A stretch of 20,000 nucleotides of DNA from an uncultured virus (IMG/VR IMGVR_UViG_3300002835_000117). Its lineage: Duplodnaviria > Heunggongvirae > Uroviricota > Caudoviricetes. Numbering within the stretch: the first letter of the stretch is position 1; every line of letters begins with the position of its first letter. The stretch lies in the IMG/VR virus record IMGVR_UViG_3300002835_000117; one strand, written 5' to 3'. The notes beneath the pieces are model-generated. The model made no database searches. It was not told the DNA's origin and worked only from the letters and a program-made list of their open reading frames with translations. A program made the translations under genes and the position numbers. Shown in pieces: positions 9,552 to 18,099 of this stretch.

Positions 9552-9578
9552 AATATACCTAGTTTATTTATAATATGC
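9548..9578 (-). promoter_or_regulatory. Late promoter TATAAATA (9572..9565) within a hairpin that covers the ATG of the 9551 gene
   Basis: Minus strand GCATATTATA-AATAAACTAGG-TATATTATGC: 10-nt arms with one T.T mismatch and an 11-nt loop. Exact T4 late consensus overlapping the vWA stop codon. Confidence 0.55.
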
Positions 9579-10817
9579 AGTTTGACCAAATGGAGCAATA
9601 ATAGATTCGTTTCCGTGAATTACAAAAAGGGTATCGCAGTAATCTTCGTCACCCCAACTTCCACAAGGATAGCCGTCAGTAAACATAATGAATTTTTTGG
9701 GAGTGATGTTTTCGTTCTTCATAAACCCCCAGTTTGCTTCAAAGTCAGTTCCGCCCCCGCCTTTAACTTCATAAGAAACAATTTCATCTGCGTTATCACC
9801 AGTGAATTTTGCATAGTTATAAACTTCGGTATCAAAGCACCAAATATCCAGTTTAAAATCTACGTATTCATCCATGATTCCTTTTACTTCGCTGATAAAA
9901 TCTTTTGCTTGGACGTCTGAAATACTTCCAGACATATCAATAGCAACAGAAACATCGATAGTTTCTTCGTTCATCATGCCCGGAAGGATAGCACCTGAAT
10001 GTTGACTTTTACGATTTGGACGGGCAAAACTAAAATTACTTTTTAGAATACTTTGAATATTCATTCGAAGTAATTGTCTCCAATCCATCTTCGGCTCAGT
10101 AAAGTCTTTAATAAGGCGAGCAACACCTGCTGGAACCCTACCAGCGCCTGCACTTTGCGCGGCTGCTACCATTGCTTCTTTAATTTCGTCTCTAATTGCT
10201 TTACGTTCTTCTGGAGTCAATTTTGGACGTTTACCTTTTCCGTCATTGCCATCATCTCCATCTCCGTCGTCGCCCTCACCGTCTAAATGTTCGTCTAGCA
10301 ATTCTCCAAGTTCGTCGATATTAATTTTTTCAGCATTATCGTAAAGGTCTGAATAAATTTCTTCGTAGGCCTTTCCTCGATATTTGTCAAGTTGAAAAAT
10401 TTGTATCCATTTCGGAACACTTCCAATTTTTTCATCTACAAGAATTTGATTAACTGCAAAGTCTGCGGCAATATTAGACAGTCGAGGATCTCTTCCTTCG
10501 CGACGTCCAATATGGTCAAACACATTATGAAGTACTTCGTGTGCGAAACCAAATTCGCATTCTTTTGGAGTCAATTTATTAACAAACCCGTAATTAAAGT
10601 AAAAATTGCGACCGTCAGTAGCCAGCGTTGGACACCAGTCACTGGCATCTACTAATTTCATGCGAGTGGCCAAATTACCAAAAAAGGGATGGCGAAGCAA
10701 CAATCCCACACGAGCAGTAATTAGTTTATCAAGAATTTTTGCTTTTTCAGATTCATTAAATTTTTTTCCGACCCAATCTTGATTTTTTTGGCGTTCTTGT
10801 TTCATCACTGACGACAT
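9564..10817 (-). CDS. DUF2201-type protein: HExxH metallopeptidase-like domain plus C-terminal vWA domain
   Basis: TLATDG, AHEVLH, NIAADFAVN, acidic G/D linker, MIDAS DMSGS, GGGGTDF, FTDGY. SD AGGAG. Adjacent to a MoxR-like ATPase. Confidence 0.9.
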   Translation of the reverse strand: MSSVMKQERQKNQDWVGKKFNESEKAKILDKLITARVGLLLRHPFFGNLATRMKLVDASDWCPTLATDGRNFYFNYGFVNKLTPKECEFGFAHEVLHNVFDHIGRREGRDPRLSNIAADFAVNQILVDEKIGSVPKWIQIFQLDKYRGKAYEEIYSDLYDNAEKINIDELGELLDEHLDGEGDDGDGDDGNDGKGKRPKLTPEERKAIRDEIKEAMVAAAQSAGAGRVPAGVARLIKDFTEPKMDWRQLLRMNIQSILKSNFSFARPNRKSQHSGAILPGMMNEETIDVSVAIDMSGSISDVQAKDFISEVKGIMDEYVDFKLDIWCFDTEVYNYAKFTGDNADEIVSYEVKGGGGTDFEANWGFMKNENITPKKFIMFTDGYPCGSWGDEDYCDTLFVIHGNESIIAPFGQTAYYK

Positions 10818-10842
10818 AAATTTCTCCTGTTAGACATAATAC

Positions 10843-10871
10843 ATTATATAAGTTTTTTTATTTAAAGTCAA
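10843..10871 (-). promoter_or_regulatory. Sigma70-type promoter for the vWA gene
   Basis: TTGACT (10871..10866) - 17 nt - TATAAT (10848..10843), immediately after a terminator. Confidence 0.8.
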
Positions 10872-10872
10872 T

Positions 10873-10898
10873 TAAAAAGGCCCTGCAGGGCCTTTTTA
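10873..10898. terminator. Intrinsic (potentially bidirectional) terminator after the AAA ATPase gene
   Basis: Perfect 26-bp palindrome TAAAAAGGCCCTGCAGGGCCTTTTTA: GC stem, TGCA loop, T5 tract on both strands, directly after the stop at 10899. Confidence 0.85.
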
Positions 10899-11984
10899 TT
10901 AACCTTCCATTGCTTGGATAATATATTTTCCGTATTTGTCGTGGAATTTATCAAAATTGCTTAGTTTGCTAGCATCAAACGGAAGTTGATAATTAGTTAA
11001 AGCAACCTTAGCACCCATAACAACAAGTTCAGTTGGGAAATTGTTCATCATAAATCCAAAGAAATTATCAGCCATTTCGTCCCACTCAATGACTTTTTTC
11101 TTGTCTGCTTCTTGTAGTTCGTAGCAAAGACTAATGGTCAAAGAATACATTGCAGAAATTTCTTTAATTTCGAACTTTTTAACTTTACCTTTAAGGATAT
11201 CTTCGGGCTTAGGCATTTGTTTGGCAACCTTACGGTGAGCCATAAACTTAACAGCAAGCCCTTCTCCAATAGCACCTGCTACAAGATCGGTTAATGTATT
11301 TTCGCTAACGTCGTCGTCTTCGAGAAGTTCACTAACAAAACTCCAAGAACGAGGAGTAGCAAAAGCCTTACTGGCGCTCCTTGGATCAAAATCGTAAAGA
11401 TCTTGCTTGGCAAAGCCGATGTAACCAACAACTTGTTCATGCAGACGATTCATAACAGCCCATTGGTGCCAATCATCAAAATCAACACGAAGTTCGATAT
11501 GAACAAATCTATTAGCCAGCGGTGCAGGCATACGATATGTAACACCTTTGTCAGTTTCTCTATTTCCGGCAGCAACAATTGCCACGCCTTTTGGCAAAAC
11601 ATATGTTCCAACTCTACGGTTCAAAATTAGTTGATAAGCAGCAGCCTGAGTAGCAGGAGCCGCAGAGTTGAGTTCGTCTAGGAATAGAATAGCAGTAGAT
11701 TCTGGATCAGTAGGAAGTTCTGCAGGAGGAGCCCAACTCATAGAGTTCAATTGACTGTTGTAATAAGGAATGCCCTTAATGTCAGTAGGTTCCCATAGAC
11801 TTAATCTAACGTCGACAACTTCACGACCTTGTTCGTCTCCGAGTTGTTTAATAATATCAGATTTACCAATACCTGGAGGACCCCACATGAAAATTGGACG
11901 TTGCTTTTTAATAGCCTTACGAAGAGCAAATTTTGCTTCGTTAGGGCTGACAGTTCTGTTAGCAGACATTGCTTCTTTTGCCAT
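10899..11984 (-). CDS. MoxR-like / dynein-related AAA+ ATPase
   Basis: Walker A GPPGIGKS, Walker B ILFLDE, AAGN sensor, PLANRF arginine finger, TPRSW. Confidence 0.92.
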   Translation of the reverse strand: MAKEAMSANRTVSPNEAKFALRKAIKKQRPIFMWGPPGIGKSDIIKQLGDEQGREVVDVRLSLWEPTDIKGIPYYNSQLNSMSWAPPAELPTDPESTAILFLDELNSAAPATQAAAYQLILNRRVGTYVLPKGVAIVAAGNRETDKGVTYRMPAPLANRFVHIELRVDFDDWHQWAVMNRLHEQVVGYIGFAKQDLYDFDPRSASKAFATPRSWSFVSELLEDDDVSENTLTDLVAGAIGEGLAVKFMAHRKVAKQMPKPEDILKGKVKKFEIKEISAMYSLTISLCYELQEADKKKVIEWDEMADNFFGFMMNNFPTELVVMGAKVALTNYQLPFDASKLSNFDKFHDKYGKYIIQAMEG

Positions 11985-12017
11985 AAAACACCTTCTAAAG
12001 TTTAAGTTTGTTTTATT

Positions 12018-12046
12018 ATATTAGCGTCACCGCAACGAATTGTCAA
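12018..12046 (-). promoter_or_regulatory. Sigma70-type promoter for the AAA ATPase gene
   Basis: TTGACA (12046..12041) - 17 nt - TAATAT (12023..12018), with an overlapping TATAAT 3 nt further on. SD GAAGGTG downstream. Confidence 0.65.
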
Positions 12047-12425
12047 GGACTTTTTGCTGAAATCTGTCTTGAGCCCGTTTCATTTTGTTTAAGTCTCCGG
12101 AAAACAATAACAATTGGACAGCAGTTTTTTCACCAAATACAAATATTTTTTTATTAGTTAAAAAGTAAGGACAATCTATTTTGTTGTCTAACCAAACTAT
12201 CATACTGTTTGTGTATATAATTGGAGATTCTAATACTATTTCGTAGTGTTTTATATTTGACTTTTGGAATACTTCAAACCCTTTTTCGGTAAGTTGAAGA
12301 CCTCCAGTTCGTTTGTCTCTTGGGTTTACCCACCATACTCGAGTATATTTTTTTATATTTTTTTCGTCACAGGGAAGATTTAAAATTTTTGCTATTAGTG
12401 TGGTTATATTAAATTTCGGATTCAT
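12027..12425 (-). CDS. Hypothetical phage protein
   Basis: 132 aa ORF (WWVNPR...GGLQLTEKG; DCPYFL) overlapping the upstream gene end. Confidence 0.75.
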   Translation of the reverse strand: MNPKFNITTLIAKILNLPCDEKNIKKYTRVWWVNPRDKRTGGLQLTEKGFEVFQKSNIKHYEIVLESPIIYTNSMIVWLDNKIDCPYFLTNKKIFVFGEKTAVQLLLFSGDLNKMKRAQDRFQQKVLDNSLR

Positions 12426-12708
12426 TATTAATTTTTTGACCAGTAGTTAACTTATAAACAGAAAACTCGTCTGTATCAAATATTTTATTTAATTTTTCAG
12501 CCAAATTGAAGGCATGACCACTATTTGAAAAACTAACTTTTTTGTATTTTGGACCCGTAGATTCCCCTAACAAACTTGAAGTTTTTAAATTTATTGGTTT
12601 ACCTTTGTAAAAAACAGCCCAAATGGCATCGGATTCTAAAACTTGATCTGTTTTATAATTTTTCTTATTTACAATCTCTAATAAAATTTTTGGTTTTGGG
12701 CGGCTCAT
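12409..12708 (-). CDS. Hypothetical phage protein (basic, MSRPKPKILLE...)
   Basis: ORF with WAVFYKGKPINLK, GPKYKKVSFSNSGHAFNLAEKLN. ATG at 12708 is preferred over GTG at 12717, which is only 3 nt from the GGAGA SD. Confidence 0.78.
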   Translation of the reverse strand: MSRPKPKILLEIVNKKNYKTDQVLESDAIWAVFYKGKPINLKTSSLLGESTGPKYKKVSFSNSGHAFNLAEKLNKIFDTDEFSVYKLTTGQKINNESEI

Positions 12709-12710
12709 AG

Positions 12711-12746
12711 TATACACGTATCTCCAAAAAGTACGTGTATATTTAT
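12711..12746 (-). promoter_or_regulatory. Late promoter ATAAATA (12746..12740) overlapping a perfect 10-bp hairpin that encloses the SD
   Basis: Minus strand ATAAA-TATACACGTA-CTTTTTGGAGA-TACGTGTATA-CT-ATG. Confidence 0.7.
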
Positions 12747-12755
12747 TATGTATAA

Positions 12756-12977
12756 TTAGAATTTTCCGCCGTCCATTTTTATTTGGACCATACTAGGTGT
12801 AGGAGTCGATGCTTTTTGATCTAAATCACCTGCTAATTTTGTCATTACAATTGCTAAACTACTTTGTAAATTGATAACTTCTTGCAAAGTTAAAGTGATT
12901 GATTTTTGATTTGATTTAATAGCAATCCTTGCTTTATCTAAAAAATCTTCAATTGGTAAAGTATTTAGATGTTTCAT
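12756..12977 (-). CDS. Small hypothetical phage protein
   Basis: 73 aa, ATGA overlap with upstream gene, ends MDGGKF. Confidence 0.72.
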   Translation of the reverse strand: MKHLNTLPIEDFLDKARIAIKSNQKSITLTLQEVINLQSSLAIVMTKLAGDLDQKASTPTPSMVQIKMDGGKF

Positions 12978-13441
12978 ATTTTATTAATTTTGTTTAAAAA
13001 TAGTTTTGTATCAGTATCTGTTTTAAATGGACCGTGATGCTGATATCGTTCTATAGTAATTAATTTTGGACAAAAACTTTTTACCCATCCTTTTCTAAAT
13101 TTTACCAAATAATATCCTGCACAATATTGGCTTTTACTTTTATTGCTTTTAGAAAATAACGGTAATTTTTTTCGTATGTTGTATAAAGGATTAAACGGTT
13201 TGGAACTACACGGATAGTCGTAAATTTCGTACTTTTCTTCTACACAAGGAGAAGGGTTAGAATTTTCTAATGTTTGTATTCCTAACTCTTTTTTGATTTC
13301 GTTTAGATTTTTAAATTCAAATTTTTGACCTTTTCTAAGAAAGTCGTAACCTTTTTTCTTTTTTGAAATAGATCCAATTTTTCCTTGTTCGTCTTCTAAA
13401 ATCCATTCTTTGTTTGGGACAATATTTTTTGAAATAATCAT
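12974..13441 (-). CDS. Hypothetical phage protein
   Basis: 155 aa, ATGA overlaps at both ends, motif LPLFSKS.KSKS.YCAGYY...GWVKSFCPKLIT.ERY...GPFKT. Confidence 0.8.
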   Translation of the reverse strand: MIISKNIVPNKEWILEDEQGKIGSISKKKKGYDFLRKGQKFEFKNLNEIKKELGIQTLENSNPSPCVEEKYEIYDYPCSSKPFNPLYNIRKKLPLFSKSNKSKSQYCAGYYLVKFRKGWVKSFCPKLITIERYQHHGPFKTDTDTKLFLNKINKI

Positions 13442-14424
13442 GTGGTATACCTCGCATTCAACGGTTCTGAATAACTTTGTATTTGCTCACTAATTTTTTG
13501 AAGATCATATGTTGAACAGAACTTCAAAAGTCTAATCCCCACCTGTTCAACATTTTTTGAATTTTTATTTGCAATAATGGTATCGTCGATGATTTTCTGA
13601 ATATCATCAGGCTGGGCCTTAAGGTCACAAAGTTTAACATTGCGATAGTAATCGTCTAGCACACGATGCTCAACCCCTTCGTGATCAATCCATTTCTGTA
13701 GCATGAGATTGTTCCATGCCCATCCTTTGCTGTTTCTATCTGCAAACGCATCTCTTAGACCAACTTTATTCTTTGTTCCTTTTTCTCTTACACCCGGATA
13801 CGCACTAAAAATGTTATCGCTAGTGTCACCCCTCATACATTTTTCAAAAAGTAACCATTCGGGATCCGGAGCCGGTTTAATTTGCTTTGTTTTTTTATCT
13901 ACAACAGGGCGATTTTTTTCGTCGAAGTATCCTTCATGTGTAGTAGTAACTCCAGTTACACCATTATATTGTTTTACATTCGGTGCAATTAATTGCGCGA
14001 AATCGCCGTCTGTACTGATGATAATGTGTGTATCTTTAGGATGAAAACGAATCCAGCCAGCAATAAGATCGTCTGCTTCTAGTTGCTGATTATGCAATAC
14101 TGTGCAGTTTGTCTTGTTGATAACAAAATCTTTAAATTGATCAAATGTTTCCCAAAAGGTACGATCTTCTTCTGCTTCTCTAGGAGATAGTGCTGCTCTT
14201 GCTTCTGAACGCTGCCTTTTATAGGGTTCGTAAAAATCTTTACGCCATGATCTCCCTTCTAGGAAAAAGACAACATGATCGCCGTTAAAATCTCTCCATG
14301 CTTTTCTAATACTACCAAATACAGTATGGAGACTCATGCCCACTTTATCTTCGAGACTGCCTCTAACAACATGGCGTGCTCTAAAAAAAGTATTAGCAGT
14401 ATCGACAAGAATATATGTAGCCAT
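13438..14424 (-). CDS. rnh: T4 RNase H-like 5'-3' exonuclease / flap endonuclease
   Basis: ILVDTAN.FFR, SWRKDFY..YK..R, EADDLI, ISTDGDFAQL, GDTSDNI (FEN/PIN acidic motifs and H3TH). Confidence 0.88.
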   Translation of the reverse strand: MATYILVDTANTFFRARHVVRGSLEDKVGMSLHTVFGSIRKAWRDFNGDHVVFFLEGRSWRKDFYEPYKRQRSEARAALSPREAEEDRTFWETFDQFKDFVINKTNCTVLHNQQLEADDLIAGWIRFHPKDTHIIISTDGDFAQLIAPNVKQYNGVTGVTTTHEGYFDEKNRPVVDKKTKQIKPAPDPEWLLFEKCMRGDTSDNIFSAYPGVREKGTKNKVGLRDAFADRNSKGWAWNNLMLQKWIDHEGVEHRVLDDYYRNVKLCDLKAQPDDIQKIIDDTIIANKNSKNVEQVGIRLLKFCSTYDLQKISEQIQSYSEPLNARYTT

Positions 14425-14870
14425 TAATAAACCTCAGTCATACCATCATCACGAAGTGCTCGATTGACATAGCCACTTCCTCTTCTTTCCATGTTAACAC
14501 CGGATTCTGATCCTATGTTTTTACATAGTTCCTGAAACCATTGATCTACTACTGCTTCTTCAGTTTCTCCGGTGTAACCAGATTCACGTAACGATAACAC
14601 AAAATATTCATTCCAGTCAAGTTCAAAAAAACCGTTTCTGAGATTATCTTTATTTACATGGGTATCTAAAACCGCAACCCAGGGTTCTTTTCGTTCTGTT
14701 GCTAACTCTTTTGGACTTAATTTGGCTAAACGTTCTGTTTCTTTTGCGGTTTCAGCAGCGGCGATTGCTTCTTCTGCTTGTTTTTTGGCTTCTTCTGCTG
14801 CACGAATGTTTGCTTCAGTTTCTGCTTTGATTTTATCAATACCAAAAAGTTTTTCTATAAATTTATTCAT
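14424..14870 (-). CDS. Hypothetical phage protein (N-terminal coiled coil; GFFELDWN motif)
   Basis: ATG at 14870 (MNKFIEKLFG) lies 1 nt after the queE stop and is more plausible than the 14918 start inside queE. TAATG overlap with rnh. Confidence 0.78.
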   Translation of the reverse strand: MNKFIEKLFGIDKIKAETEANIRAAEEAKKQAEEAIAAAETAKETERLAKLSPKELATERKEPWVAVLDTHVNKDNLRNGFFELDWNEYFVLSLRESGYTGETEEAVVDQWFQELCKNIGSESGVNMERRGSGYVNRALRDDGMTEVY

Positions 14871-14871
14871 T

Positions 14872-15720
14872 TTAAGTTCCCCACTCGTTCTTAAAAAGCG
14901 GTACTTGTAATCTATCACTGTACCTAAGACCGTGTTTCATACATGCCAGTGCTACGTTTTTATTATTTAAATTATAAACACTTTCGACGCCTCCAACAGG
15001 CATAAGATATACTTCACCAAGGAAACCTTCGTCTCTAAATTTTCCCATTGCCATTAACGCATCTTTAATGTCATCTTCTGTGGCTACGACAAATTTAAGA
15101 TACGTATAACCGACTGTGGAATAATCATATACAATATCTGGTTTAATTGCATCTTCCCACAGTTCACCGCTTGCAGGAAGTTTTGCACTGACACTAAAAG
15201 TAATTTCTCGATCACGGTTAGCAGTTTGCCATTCTTTTAGATATTTTTTAAATTTTTCGTCTAATCTTTGAGTACCGTTCGTCTCGAATGTAATTTCTTT
15301 AAGACTCTGCATCTTTGGATGTTCTAGTAACTCTGGATAAGCACGTTGCCATCCCAAAAGAGGTTCGCCTCCAGTAATGACTAAATGTTCCCTCGTCCAT
15401 CTTTTGTATGGTAAGAGGTTGACGATATCCTCCGCAAGGCCATCCGTTTCAACCATAGGTGAAAGGTCTTTGAACCTAGGATCCCAACTAGCATAAGAAT
15501 CACAACCGGTATGAACAAGAGGTAAATCTCTATACTGTTTAAACTCTGAAATACGACTTGCCACATTGTGTCGTTCATTTGATTTTTCTCCTTTAGGCAT
15601 TCCAAATCCATCACAGGTAAAGTTGCACCCAAATGTTCTTAAGAACACACTAGGCACGCCCATATATCTTCCTTCTCCCTGGATAGAATAAAATAGTTCA
15701 CTAACTTTAATTTTTGCCAT
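14872..15720 (-). CDS. queE: 7-carboxy-7-deazaguanine synthase QueE (radical SAM)
   Basis: ELFYSIQGEG...G.PSVFLRTFGCNFTC...GCDS, LVITGGEPLL, FETNGT, SVSAKL, LKFVV, RLQV. SD AAGGA. Confidence 0.88.
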   Translation of the reverse strand: MAKIKVSELFYSIQGEGRYMGVPSVFLRTFGCNFTCDGFGMPKGEKSNERHNVASRISEFKQYRDLPLVHTGCDSYASWDPRFKDLSPMVETDGLAEDIVNLLPYKRWTREHLVITGGEPLLGWQRAYPELLEHPKMQSLKEITFETNGTQRLDEKFKKYLKEWQTANRDREITFSVSAKLPASGELWEDAIKPDIVYDYSTVGYTYLKFVVATEDDIKDALMAMGKFRDEGFLGEVYLMPVGGVESVYNLNNKNVALACMKHGLRYSDRLQVPLFKNEWGT

Positions 15721-15743
15721 TTTTATTCCTTGAATAATAAGTA

Positions 15744-15772
15744 AGTATATTACTAATATTTAGAAAAATCAA
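15744..15772 (-). promoter_or_regulatory. Sigma70-type promoter for queE
   Basis: TTGATT (15772..15767) - 17 nt - TATACT (15749..15744) in the divergent gap. The spacer also contains CTAAATA. Confidence 0.6.
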
Positions 15773-15777
15773 GAGCA

Positions 15778-16629
15778 ATGAATAATAAAACTGAAATTTC
15801 TTGGACCATTCATAATTATTGCACAGGCGGATGTTCATACTGTCCTTCAAAATTTTGGGGAGGCGGTATTAGGCATTTTGATGAATACATGTCAGTTGCT
15901 AAAAAAATGATAGAGCATTTTAATAGTATGGGGAGAATAATTAATTGGAAATTTGATGGAGGAGAACCGTTAGAATTTTTTGAATTTCCAATGTTGTTAA
16001 AACTGTGTAAAGAAAATGGTGGAACAACAACATTAAGTACCAACGGTGGAAAACTTTGGTTAGACTGGTTTGCTATTGAACCTAATTTAGATAATTTGAT
16101 TTTAACTTATCATTATTGGCAAAATCCTAATCTTATTAATTATATAATTCAAACTTTTAAATCTAAGAGTACAACTTTTAAAATGATGGTTCCAATTAGA
16201 CCTGACTATTTCGATGAAGATTGGAACAGGGCCGAGTTAGTACAAGAAATGCATAATATGCATGTAGAAAAAACTGCTTTATATAAAAGTGCCGAATATA
16301 TGTTAGGATTGTTGCCGTATACAGAAAATCAGTTAGAAAAATTATTTGGAAAAGAATGGGTTGATAAAAATCGAGGAAAACAAGAAGAAACTTTTAAACA
16401 AAAATGGGTTGAAATACTAGAGACCAGTCCCTCATTTACAGGAAAAAAATGTTTTGCCGGAATTGAAAAATTAAAAATATCGGCAGAAGGTTACATTTCT
16501 GGTTCAGATTGCAATAATACCAATCATGGAAATATTTTTAAAAATTTTGATTTGTTAAAAGAACCCGAACCATGTAAAATGCAAGCCTGTACGTCAATTT
16601 ACGATCAAAAAATAACAAAAATTATTTAA
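15778..16629 (+). CDS. Radical SAM protein with C-terminal SPASM/twitch-like Cys cluster
   Basis: CTGGCSYC (CxxxCxxC), DGGEP, STNG, and C-terminal CFAG...I..EG.I...DC....GNI...C...AC. Confidence 0.85.
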   Translation: MNNKTEISWTIHNYCTGGCSYCPSKFWGGGIRHFDEYMSVAKKMIEHFNSMGRIINWKFDGGEPLEFFEFPMLLKLCKENGGTTTLSTNGGKLWLDWFAIEPNLDNLILTYHYWQNPNLINYIIQTFKSKSTTFKMMVPIRPDYFDEDWNRAELVQEMHNMHVEKTALYKSAEYMLGLLPYTENQLEKLFGKEWVDKNRGKQEETFKQKWVEILETSPSFTGKKCFAGIEKLKISAEGYISGSDCNNTNHGNIFKNFDLLKEPEPCKMQACTSIYDQKITKII

Positions 16630-17728
16630 CAAACACATCGTTTATTTGTCTGCTTACTCTCACAAATGTGGTACACTTACTAAGTTGTTTTAATGTAGGT
16701 GCACCTACATAAGTACAAGCACTTCTTAACCCGCCTAATAAATCTAATACAGTATCGTTCACTTTTCCTCGATATGGAATTGTAACTGTGCGACCCTCAC
16801 TACTACGATAACTTGCTACTCCGCCGTGGTGTTTATCCATTGCAGTATCACTACTCATGCCATAAAATTCAACAAATTTTTTTACTTCAACTTTATAGTT
16901 ATGAATTAGCAAATCACCATTTTTATCAAATTCTTTGGTTAGGACTTCATTGGTTTTAAAATAATTTGTAATTACTTCCCCACCACCTTCATCATGACCG
17001 GCTAGCATACCGCCTAGCATTACAAAGTCAGCACCGGCCCCAAATGCTTTGACTACATCTCCAGGACAAGTACAGCCGCCGTCAGCAATGATGTGTCCAC
17101 CAAGACCATGAGCGGCATCGGCACATTCAATAATAGCGGATAATTGCGGATAGCCAACACCTGTCTGAATACGAGTAGTGCAAACACTACCAGGCCCAAT
17201 ACCAACTTTAATAATATCTGCTCCACGTAAAATTAACTCCTGTGTCATGTCAGCAGTAACTACATTACCTGCAATAATAGTATGTGTAGGATATCTAGCA
17301 CGGACCTTAGCAACAAAGTCTCCAAAGTGTTCACTATAACCGTTTGCTACATCGATACATATAAAATGTAATTCTGGATACGTATTTAGAATTTGCTGTA
17401 ATTTGGTCCAATCTTTGTCACTGGTGCCTGTACTAACGGCAAAATGCTTACCATTGATAAGTTCTTGCATGTAAATAAAATCATTCAGTAGATAACTTTT
17501 AACAAGACAAGTAAACATTTTATGTTCTTGCAATGCTTCCGCCATATTAAAAGTACCCACTCCGTCCATGTTAGCAGCCATGATTGGAACACCAGTCCAT
17601 TCCCACCCGCTATGTTTAAATTTGTAAGTGCGATTTAAATCAACTTCTTTGCGACTACTAAGTGTACTACGCTTTGGGCGAATTAATACGTCTTTAAAAT
17701 CTAACTTAATTTCGTCTTCGATTCTCAT
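16622..17728 (-). CDS. guaC: GMP reductase (type 1)
   Basis: [86 protein letters not shown]. Confidence 0.96.
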   Translation of the reverse strand: MRIEDEIKLDFKDVLIRPKRSTLSSRKEVDLNRTYKFKHSGWEWTGVPIMAANMDGVGTFNMAEALQEHKMFTCLVKSYLLNDFIYMQELINGKHFAVSTGTSDKDWTKLQQILNTYPELHFICIDVANGYSEHFGDFVAKVRARYPTHTIIAGNVVTADMTQELILRGADIIKVGIGPGSVCTTRIQTGVGYPQLSAIIECADAAHGLGGHIIADGGCTCPGDVVKAFGAGADFVMLGGMLAGHDEGGGEVITNYFKTNEVLTKEFDKNGDLLIHNYKVEVKKFVEFYGMSSDTAMDKHHGGVASYRSSEGRTVTIPYRGKVNDTVLDLLGGLRSACTYVGAPTLKQLSKCTTFVRVSRQINDVFVK

Positions 17729-18099
17729 TTAGGCCACTTTCTATAATTACCTTTTCCTGGAATAACGTTTCTTACTCCTCCAACGGGATCTTCAACATCA
17801 CCTTCGTATCTAGGAATTAAATGCACATGAGGATACATTACAGTTTGTCCTGCGGCACTACCAAAATTAAACCCAATGTTAAACCCATCTGCCTTTCCAG
17901 ACTTTACTAATTCTAGTCCTGCCTTATATGCATCGTAAAATGCATCTTGAATAACTTCTGGAGTGTTGTAATTGGGAACGAACAACAGGTGTCCGAGAGA
18001 AACAGGATATCCATCTCGGTAAACAGTGACATGATAATCTTCGTTAATGGGATTTGTCCAAGGGACATCGGCAGTTTCTAATTCTTTATTTTTATCCAT
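17725..18099 (-). CDS. HIT (histidine triad) family nucleotide hydrolase
   Basis: [42 protein letters not shown]. Confidence 0.92.
   Translation of the reverse strand: MDKNKELETADVPWTNPINEDYHVTVYRDGYPVSLGHLLFVPNYNTPEVIQDAFYDAYKAGLELVKSGKADGFNIGFNFGSAAGQTVMYPHVHLIPRYEGDVEDPVGGVRNVIPGKGNYRKWPK

Noticed and set aside
10230..10290. Low-complexity GA-rich stretch in the vWA gene
   Set aside because: It encodes the usual acidic Gly/Asp linker (DGEGDDGDGDDGNDG) of this family and is not a DNA repeat element.
14871..14918. Longer N-terminus (MIDYKYRF...) of the 14424 gene
   Set aside because: It overlaps the queE 3' end. ATG at 14870 just after the queE stop is more parsimonious.
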